A DNA stretch of 46,228 nucleotides, filler included, from Catajapyx aquilonaris (lineage: Eukaryota): NCBI GenBank assembly GCA_000934665.2. It is 2 parts of 2 records of this genome, joined end to end, with 100 filler letters (N's around TTAATTAATTAA, not from the genome) between each part and the next. Parts side by side here need not be neighbours in the genome. Positions count along the whole stretch, not along the records: positions 1 to 23,064 come from JYFJ02005754.1; 1 more part is not named here. The stretch is one strand, 5' to 3'. The position numbers and the translations under genes are program-made. The notes beneath the pieces were generated by a model. That model had not been told where the DNA came from. It did not search any database and was given only the letters and a program-made list of their open reading frames with translations. Shown here in pieces: positions 10,591 to 20,330 of the stretch (position 1 is its first letter; each line of letters begins with the position of its first letter).

Positions 10591-12403
10591 TTAACGGTAA
10601 ATAAAGTGGCATGCAGGCACAATAAACTCTGATATGAACACAACCAAATCTACTGCAACACATAGGAATAGAAGTAAGAAAATGCTCCAGACTGTCTCTA
10701 ATGTGAAGGGTTTGGGTCCATCATCCGATGCACTCGTATCCGGCTCTTCCTCCTGAGCTCGTCTTCTTCCTTCAGCCTTCCTTTCCTCCTCCTCCTGTTT
10801 CATCCACTGGGGTATCAAGCCCATGTCCACCATCTGCCTCATCAGAAGCCTGGATGACCTCCCCAGTGGTGACCCTTGCCTGAAGAACATAGTCCCAGTC
10901 ACCGGATACACCCTGGCAGGCACTATGACCAGCCTGGACTTACCCCACCGGTCACGAAAATGGTAGTCGACAATGTCCACCAGAAAGAAGTCGTAGTCAG
11001 CACAAGCATAGTCACCACCCAGGGCCATCTTGGCACACTTGTAAAAAGAAGCTGGGGTCCTATCCAGCCTGGTTCCTAGTATCCGGAACGTCGGAGATGT
11101 CGGATGGACCAGAAGGCTTTCGGTCAGACCATTGTTGTGACCTATGACCACGCGCAGGTTGCTGCTGGCCAGGTCCTCGAACGTCTTGGGGTAATCAGGG
11201 TCTGCCGGCTGGGTCAGCACTGACATGAGCTTGCTCTTGTAGGCTGTTCCGATCAGGATTGAGAAGATGAACCAGGCGGCCAGAAAGCACTTGTGTCCTG
11301 TCACACCTCCTTGTTCCAACAGCGGGCGCAGTGCGGTGAGAAGCGGTTGGCTGCGTCCGAACCGCGTCTTGAACAAGATGGCCGCTAGTCCTAGCCCTAG
11401 CCCTGTAGCGACCCACAGGTTGAGCTGGAACGGCTCCAGGATTTCCTCCAGCGGGAATACATGCAATGTTCTGGGATACACCAGGAAGGCGATTCCGGCG
11501 AACACGAACGGGGTGCCGAAATCCAGTACCCGCCATACCTCCACAGTCATCGCGTATTCGCTTCCGATGTCCGCCCTGCCGTACGTCACGTCGCCAATAA
11601 TTCCGTTCCAGACTCCGTCCACCTGGAGATGACAAAAATCACGCCTACAGCCAATTCTATATACTCTACCGGTGGTGTAATGACGGGATCAGTGAGCTTA
11701 CCTGCACGCCGAATGACTTGTCCTGCGTCTCGTATGCTTCTACAGTAAAGTTGAGCGCCTGTTGTAGCACACCCAGTATCGGCGGTATGCGTCCTCCGTC
11801 CGGTACTGTCTGATTGCCCACCTGCTTCAAGGTGATGATGGGAGGATCCTGTCTACATGCCACACGCACTGCCTTGCCCATCAGGTTGATTCTGGATTGA
11901 CGATACATGTCGGAATCGGCCGGGTGCAGACCGTCGGGACCATACCGTGCGACCACGGACGACTGGCGTTCTGACACGAGCAGAGGCGGTGCGTGTACAT
12001 GTAGGTCCGAACCGGTCCAAGTGACGGCGACTCGGTTGGTGACATTCGTGCGAGACAACGTTGTTTCGGGCGTCTCGTCGTGTCTGACCAGCATCATCAC
12101 GTAGTCCGAGTCTGATGACCAACGAGGTACGTCTGGTCCGAGTGTTGCGAACGTGTAGCACTCCTTGCGTCGAATGTTGGTGACATTATGCGTGAGAATC
12201 ACCGTCGGACGCCACCGGTTGTGACGACCAGATAGCAGTTGGATGTACGGCTTTGGAAGAATCGCGTGGTCGTGCATCAGCACTAAGACACAATCACTTG
12301 ACACGTGCTGCAGTAACCAGTTTGTCAAGTCCGCCACCACTAAGTCTGTTGTGTCACCAATCGTGCTGACACACAACAAAAGGACAACGAAGCACAGCTC
12401 CAT
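10591..12403 (-). CDS. Divergent ionotropic receptor (variant iGluR), clade 1, 2 exons, about 577 aa
   Basis: Exons 12403-11702 and 11622-10591, 79-bp GT-AG phase-0 intron. Signal peptide; S1 DGVWNGIIGDVTYGRADI...LDF; PFQLNLW-M1; M3 TAYKSKLMSVLT; S2; KPFTLETV-M4. Confidence 0.9.
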
Positions 12404-13284
12404 TGCTGTATACACTGCGCTGTACATACTGATCTACCTGCCTGTTCGCCCCTTCACCCGAGGGTGTTGTATCGTTCATTGTGTACACAACGGGTGAAAA
12501 ACGACGGTGCCATGACCTGACACATTTCGTGTCATTTATTCCCAGGAGCTGATCATTAATTGGTGTGGTGTAATTACCTAGAACTAAGGCCATTCCCCGG
12601 GGAGCCGCACACACTCTCTATTATAGTAACCTAATAGCGACATACGGTCGATAAGTCATATTTCATGCTAGAGTTACTGTAATTTTATTTTGTGATTGCC
12701 CAAAAGGTATGTCAGTTTGAATACCGTTCCGTACATACCGTCAATGAACGTGTTCCATAATATAACCCTTGTCTAAATAAACTATGTACTTTTCTAGTGT
12801 AATTTCCCAAGGGCGTACTGACAGATTCGTGTCTTTGGAGAGGTGATTAATGATTCTGCGTGTCACTTGAATGTCTATGAATTATATAGTCCTTATTGAC
12901 CTGGAACTCGATATCTTTTCTTCTATAACATCGCACTTTTTTTTTTTTTTTTTGCTTTTGAACTGGTTGCTGGGTTAAACCATTTGTCCCTGACACCCAT
13001 AGGGAACTTGTGATTTTGGACCTGTTCTGTATAGCCTCTTGTCAGGTTGAGAAACATTTTGCGACCTCACGTGTTATGCGGATGTCATGGCTGCTTTCGT
13101 CATAATCGACTTGACACATCGATTACCCTATTGGGGAATGAATGTGAGACTTTACGGAAGTGAAGTGGCCAATATGTCATACTGTATAGTGCCAGAAGGT
13201 TTGGGAGGCAGGAGAATTGGCAGGGGGTGACATTTTGGTGAGAGTGGGAGAGAGGATGCTTAATATGGCAGGTGATAAAATACG

Positions 13285-13380
13285 AAGCTTTTTGTATAGC
13301 AGGGGATTAATCAAGCTTTTGTATAGAAGGAGATTAATCAAGCTTTTTAAATAGCAGGGGGTATTTTATCAAGCTTTATT
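13285..13380. repeat. Minisatellite, about 27-29 bp x3.5
   Basis: AAGCTTTTTGTATAGCAGGGGATTAATC repeated. Confidence 0.7.
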
Positions 13381-13529
13381 TCAGCGGTGGCGTATGATAG
13401 GTACTGAATGATAGGCCTATGATAGGACTTGAAAAAGTTATACACTGAATGTATTTAGTAATTCAGTAATCATCATTTATTTCATTCATTTCAACAGACT
13501 GTGTGCCATTAAAGGGAAAGATTGTCCGT

Positions 13530-15591
13530 TCATGCACGATTTCCATATATGTGTTCAGCTATAAACGCTGTTGCAGACATAACGAGGCCCACAAGGAACA
13601 AATAGCAGGCACTGGACACATGGACCATTGTTAGCGGATATGGCTCGTCTTCCTGTCCATCCTGTTGGACTCGGGCTCTTCCTTCAGCTCTACATTTTTC
13701 CAGATACCACCGAGACCATAGTTGCCTCAGGCCCGCATCAAGGGCTCGACGGATCATGCGACTGGCTGCAGGAACGGCAGGTGAACCTCGACGGAAAAAG
13801 GCCGACGCGATCATGGGGTGTGCCTCAACCCGGGCCATTACCACTGACCCGGGTTTAAAATTGGCCGCGACGATGTCCTCCAGGTAGATAGACACGTCCA
13901 GGCATGCCACCGAGCCTTCTTTGGCCTGTCGAGCGCAATCGTACACACCCGCTGCTGTCTCAAGCCTGGTTCGGATCACCTTGAAAGACGGTGACTCCGA
14001 CGACATCACAATCTGCTCTACCAAGCTGTTCCTGCGACCTAGGACGATAGGCAATGACGAGGATGCCAGCTCCTCAAATGTCTTTGGGTAAACTGGGTCC
14101 GGCGGTTGGGTCAACATTGCCATCAGCTTGCTCTTGTACGCTGTTCCAATCAGGATGGAGAACAGGAACCATACGCCTGTAAATTAAGGACAGATGCAAG
14201 GATCCAACATGAGTATCCACGGCTGATAGTTCCTACGCGACGAAGTACCGGGAGCCGGGGTGCCTCTCTGAACTGCTCCGCCCCTCCATCCGGATTCCCA
14301 CCACTTCGTCGCGTAGGAAAGATCATCCGTACTGCTAGATACATTTTACATGACCTAATAATACGCTGCGTCTTTCCACGTCTCCTTGCTCCAGCAGCGG
14401 ACGTAGAGCAGTCAGGACCAGTTGACCGCGTCCGAACCGCGCCTTGAGAACGACCGATGCCAAAAGCAGAGCCACCGCAGTTCCGATCCAGACGGATAGC
14501 TCCAGGGGATGAAATACGGCAGCCCAGGTGTTGGCCGAAGAGACAGGGGCGACCAGGAAGGTCACACCGGTATACGTGGTCGGAGGCATGAAATCGACTG
14601 CCAGCCATCGATGGAGGGACACACCTCCTCCTTCGCCCGCGTCCGTCTCTCCGTATACTACTTGGCCCATCAGTCCGTTCCACACGCCATTTCTGAACGT
14701 GCCCGTGGCGTGATTCTTCACCACGATCAGATCAAGTGTGCAGTTCAACGCGGTATCCAGTGCGTGCATCAAAGGTCCGGCGCGGCCACCGACGGCCACG
14801 GTGCGATTTCCGATCTGCTGGACCATGAATAACGATGGCTCTTGTGAGCAGGCCATTCGCAGCGTCTTTCCCATCAGGTCGAGACGATGCTGACGAAATA
14901 TGTCAGCGTTTGAGGGTGACAACGTGCCGGTTGTGAAGTGAGCCACAAGCGTTGACCTGTTGTCTGTCACCAGAAAACCGGGTGCGTACACGTCTAGACC
15001 GGTGCCGTTCCAAAGTACAGCGACTCTACTCCGGACCTGAATCCTGTTCAGGATGACATCAGGCGATTCGTCCGTTCCCACAACCGACACTACGTAGTCC
15101 AGATGTGAAGACCATACCGGTACGTCGGATCCGAGGTGACCGAACAAGGTGCAGGACATCCGGTTCCAAGCAGGACTGGTGATGTTGTGGACACCCATTG
15201 CTGGCACCCACAGATGATGATGGTTCCTCAGCACCTGAATTCAGGCAGTTTACATAAGACACTGTACAGTACACCCCCGATGGTATCTTCACCTTATCGT
15301 GGTGGTCGGATTTGCGGAATAATTCTCTCTTCGTTTCTCTCTCCATCTGTCCCAACATTTGCGTCTTCTGTAGCCACATAGACACAAAGTCAACATGGAA
15401 ATTGAACACAACCTTACCTGAAGGTATGGCTCCGGTATATGGACACCATCATCATGCACCAGTACCAGCGAGCAGTGTCCGATCACATGTGCCTCCACAT
15501 ACTCTAAGAATTGTGCAATTGACGATGCTTCCAGCGAAGACTGACCAGACACCCCAAACAGAACGATGCACATCACTAGACATCGTACCAT
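13530..15591 (-). CDS. Divergent ionotropic receptor, clade 2 paralog A, 3 exons, about 566 aa
   Basis: Exons 15591-15418, 15234-14355 and 14176-13530. GT-AG introns with compatible phases (0, 1). Motifs NGVWNGLMGQV, RWLAVDF, HPLELSVW, TAYKSKLMAMLT, YPLTMVHV. Confidence 0.88.
14219..14330. mobile_element. Collapsed inverted-repeat cassette (112-bp hairpin) in intron 2 of IR-A
   Basis: ACGGCTGATAGTTCCTACGCGACGAAGT ... ACTTCGTCGCGTAGGAAAGATCATCCGT; 17-bp perfect core stem. Confidence 0.75.
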
Positions 15592-16779
15592 TATGGCACA
15601 CTGTACATGAGTGTGGACATCACAAGGAACACTTCCCCGCCAGAGTGAGGAAGTGGGTGGAAGGATCCAGAAGACGTTGGCGGGAATGTAGAGAAGGTCG
15701 TGTCTTTGCAGAGGGGATAAATGAGAAAGGTGGAGTGGTGGAGAGGGGGGTGGGGAAAGGAAAAGGGATACCCGCTGTGTGAGGGGTTCTAAGATTGTGG
15801 GGATTGGGGGTGTTGGGTACGAAGGTGATATTACGATATAAATATCAAATCAATACATGTTGGGCATGGCAACTCTATATTGACCCAAAATTATTCATGA
15901 TTAGATGTCACAGTTTTTCGGATTAATATGCGTGTCAGACATTGTGCAATTTGTCTTCGTCTGATATGAAGTGACCATACGTAGTTACGTTAAGTCGTGA
16001 CATACGATGCAGCTAGTTGTGTTACTTAACTTGGTGGATATGTACTGAATGTACTTTATTACATGTTCGTGCAAAACAACAATACTTCATGGATCTCGTA
16101 CGAAACGAAAATGAATCACTGAACAACGTCTGAATCGCTGAACCATTACATGAATGAGTGAATCGCCGTATTCATAACTGACTCAGTACATGAATCAGTC
16201 ACTGACTGTCTGAATCACTGTATGACACTGGTTTTTCGAAGTTGAATTTGCCGTGTTTGATCTGACTGAGACGCGTAATTTCTATTGTAATTTGCCATGG
16301 GAGTACTGACACAGAGTCGTGTCTTTTCCGAGATGATTAATGATTCTGGCGGTTACTATGGATGGCTATGAATAATATACTGCTTATTGACCTGGAACGC
16401 CGATAAATGTTGTCTTCTGTAACATCACCCTTTTCCCCTGATTCTCTGGTTGCTGGGTTAAACAATTTATTCCTTGAACCCAACTGGAACTGAGAATTGT
16501 GTAGGCTCTATGCTTGTTATCAGGTGTGAGAAATATTTACGTGTTATGCGGATGCCATGACCTGCTTTCGTGACAATGTACTTGACATATCGATTACGCT
16601 ATTGGGACATGAATGTCAGACTCTGCGGAAATGAAGTGGCCAATACCGTACTTAATACTGTTGTGCCAGATTAAAAACATGAAAACGAATTAATGAAGTG
16701 TATTCCGTAATTCAGTAATTGTTTATTTTATTCGTTTCGTTCTTGCTACAGTAATACATGTAAATAAAATGTGGAGGGC

Positions 16780-18871
16780 TCAGGCCATTTTATTCGTCCA
16801 ACACGATCTCCATATGTGTTCAGCTATGAACCCTGTTGCAGACACAACGATGCCCACAAGGAACAAATAGCAGGCACTGGCCACATGGGCCATTGTCAGC
16901 GGATATGGTTCGTCTTCAAGTCCACCCTGTTGGACTCTGGCTCTTCTTTCATCTCGACGCTTCTCCAGATGCATCAGAGACCACTTTTGGATGAGGCCAG
17001 CGTCAAACGCTCGACGAATCACGCGACTGGCTGCAGGAACGGCAGGCGAACCGCGACGGAAGAAGACTGACCCGAACATGGGGTATGCCCCAGCATGGGT
17101 CATCACCACCGACCCGGGTTGAAATTGGGCCTCCGCCACGTCCTCCAGAAAGATAGACATGTCCACGCATGCCACCAAGCCTTCCTTGGCCTGTCGCGCA
17201 CAATCATAGATGTCCGCAGCTGTCTGAAGCCTGGTTCGGATCACCCTGAAAGACGGTGACTCGGACGACATCACAATGTGCTCTACCAAGCTGTTCCTGT
17301 GACCTAGGACGATAGGCAATGACGAGGATGCCAGCTCCTCAAATGTCTTTGGGTAAACTGGTTCTGGCGGTTGGGTCAACATTGCCATCAGCTTGCTCTT
17401 GTACGCTGTTCCAATCAGGATGGAGAACAGGAACCATACGCCTGTAAATTAAAGACACTTGTAGGGATACAACATGAGTTTACACAGCTGATCTTTCCTA
17501 CGCGACGAAGTAGCGGGAGTCGGGGAGGCTGCGCGGATGTTCAGAGAGCGCGTCCGAATGTATGGAGCCGTGGCAACAGTAACGTTCGTTGCGGAGCTGG
17601 GCGAAAAGGTTGTACATTATGAAACCGCTAAAGTGACTGTACGTTTTGTGACGCCGCGCCGCATGCCAATGGACGTTATTGTGGCTTATCCACGGCGAGA
17701 TGCATTCGATCCACCTCGACTCCTACGACTTCTTCGCGTAGGAAGGATCTTCTACTTTACAGTACCTAAAAATACGCTGCATCTTTCCACGTCTCCTTGC
17801 TCCAGCAGCGGACGTAGAGCAGTCAGGACCAGTTGACCGCGTCCGAACCGCGCCTTGAGCACGACCGATGCCAAAAGCAGAGCCACCGTAGTTGCGATCC
17901 AGACTGATAGCTCCAGGGGATGAAATATGGCAGCCCAGGAGTTGTCTGAAGAGACAGGGCCAACCAGGAAGGTCACACTTGCGTACGCGGTTGGAGGCAG
18001 GAAATCGACAGCCAGCCATCGTTGCAGGGACACACCGCCTTCTTCGCACGCGTCCGTCTGTCCGTACACTACTCGGCCCATCCGCCCGTTCCACACGCCG
18101 TCTCTAAACGTGCCCGAGGAGACATCATCCACCACTATCAGATCAAGCGTGCAGTTCAACGCGGTTTCCAATACGTGCATCAGAGGTCCGATGCGACCAC
18201 CGACGGCCACGGTGCGATTTCCGATCTTATGGACCATGAACTGCGATGGCTCTTGTGCGCAGGCCATTCGCATCGTCTTTCCCATCAGGTCGAGACGGTG
18301 CTGACGAAATATGTCAGCGTTTGAGGGTGACAACGTGCCGGATGTGAAGTGAGCCACGAGCGTTGACCTGTTGTCTGTCACCAGAAAACCGGGTGCGTAC
18401 ACGTCCAGACCGGTACCGTTCCAAAGTACAGCGACTCTACTCCGGACCTGAATCCTGTTCAGGATGACATCAGGCGCTTCGTCCGTTCCCACAACCGACA
18501 CTACGTAGTCCAGATGTGAAGACCATACCGGTACGTCGGATACGAGGTGTGCAAACAAACTGCAGGACATCCGGTTCCAAACATGACTGCTGATGTTGTG
18601 GACACCCATTGCTGGCACCCACAGTTGGTGATGGCTCCGCAGCATCTGGATTACAGTGTAACATGTTACGGTGCACATATCGAAATTGACACATCGTTAC
18701 CTGAAGGTACGGCTCCGGTATCTGGACGCCATCACTGACCAGTACCAGCGAGCAGTCTCGGATCACATGAGCTTCGACATACTCCAAGAATTGTGCAATT
18801 GCCGATCCTTCCGACAGAGGCTGACCTGGCACTCCGAACAGGACAGCGCACAGTACTAGACATCGTACCAT
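16780..18871 (-). CDS. Divergent ionotropic receptor, clade 2 paralog B, 3 exons, about 570 aa
   Basis: Exons 18871-18701, 18645-17766 and 17441-16780. GT-AG introns of 55 and 324 bp. Open frame with the same IR motifs. Confidence 0.88.
17484..17749. mobile_element. Inverted-repeat cassette in intron 2 of IR-B
   Basis: GATCTTTCCTACGCGACGAAGT ... ACTTCTTCGCGTAGGAAGGATC. Confidence 0.75.
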
Positions 18872-19075
18872 TATGACACACTGTTCATGAGTGAGTACAT
18901 CACAATGTAGTCTACTTTTTCCCCCTCCTAATGACTGTTTGTGGCCCCAAAATTGATGACTAGATCACGTTTGGCCCGTTATTCGGATCAATGTGCGTGC
19001 CAGACATTGTTCCCTGTAGACACTGTGCAATTTTCGTCATCTGATAGAAAGTGACCTGACGTAATAATTTCTTAC

Positions 19076-20330
19076 ATGGGTGGGAATATGACAGAGTTGG
19101 GGGAGGGGGAAGTGATGGTGGAGGAGATATGGAACTTGTTCCGAAAGGTGTGGGAAAAAGAGAGGATACCAGAGCAATGGAGGGAGGCACAAATCTATCC
19201 AATTCATAAGAGGGGTTCAAGGGAGGAAGTAAAATTGTTTAGGGGGGTGACACTGCTAAACGGGGTTTACAAGATTTGCGCTATGATTATAGAGGCGAGG
19301 ATAAGGGCATGGGCAGAAAGGGAGGGCATATTACATGAGGGACAGGCTGGTTTTCGGAGAGGGAGGAGTATACAAATGACAACATATTTATATTATACGC
19401 CCTGGTACAACACAGGCTGGGGAGGAAGAGGGGGAAAATGTACGCGATGTCCGTATACCTCAAATCCGCATTCGACAAAGTGGATCGAGTAAAACATATG
19501 GCAAAACTGTGGAACCTAGGAGTAAAGGGCAAAATGTGGAGACTACTGTGCAAAATGTACGAAGAAAGTGTGACCGAGCGGTAAAGTAAAGATGGTAGGA
19601 TACATTCAACACCTCTTTTAATGGTCAATGTGAAATGATACATGCTGAAGGAATGGTGGAACAGTATGGTGAGAGAGAGAGGGAAGGATGACCAGTTCCT
19701 CCAGGATATTCTCCTTAAAGAAAAAGGCCACAAGGAGCGGGTTGCGCCGGTTTATATAGATAGTCAGGAGGCGCAGAGCCTGCTGGGAAAACAGATAATA
19801 ATACAAAAGTGAGGATTCGTCACACGGTAAAAAGAATCAGCATGATGATGCCTGGTGGGAAGACGTGAGGAAGAAGGAACGTGAATGGGGAGTGGAAAAT
19901 GACGAGGAGTGGCTAAGGCAAACTTGGGAAGAACGATGGGACTCATGGGGGACGGAACTGAGGGAGAGGATGATCAAAGAGAGGGAGGAGAGAATTGACA
20001 ACACGACTAACTGGCCCGACTACAGATTTGTAAAGATAGAGAGAGAAGAAGACCAGTATCTGGACAGAGGAAATGTACAATTTTTGAAGGTGTTGGCTAA
20101 ACTCAGAAGTTGGGCACTGTGCAGGGCTGGCTGGTCGTGGCTGTCAGAAACGGAGAGGAACTGTTTATTGTTTGGGGAGGGGGAGGAGAATATGGGGCAC
20201 ATTGTGAGGGACTGCAGGGTAATGAGGGAGGAGAGGAGGAAATGGATACCGGCGGTGGAGGAGATGGGGGATGACGAGGTGTATAGCTTTGTAAAGAATG
20301 TAAAAAAAGGGGGGTCTTGGCGCAAATGAA
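19076..20330 (+). mobile_element. Degenerate non-LTR retrotransposon (LINE) reverse transcriptase relic
   Basis: IPEQWREAQIYPIHKRG...FRGVTLLNGVYKI...HEGQAGFRRGRS, then frameshifted YLKSAFDKVDR. C-terminal decayed Zn-knuckle CLLFGEGEENMGHIVRDC. Frameshifts, stops and internal deletions. Confidence 0.9.
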
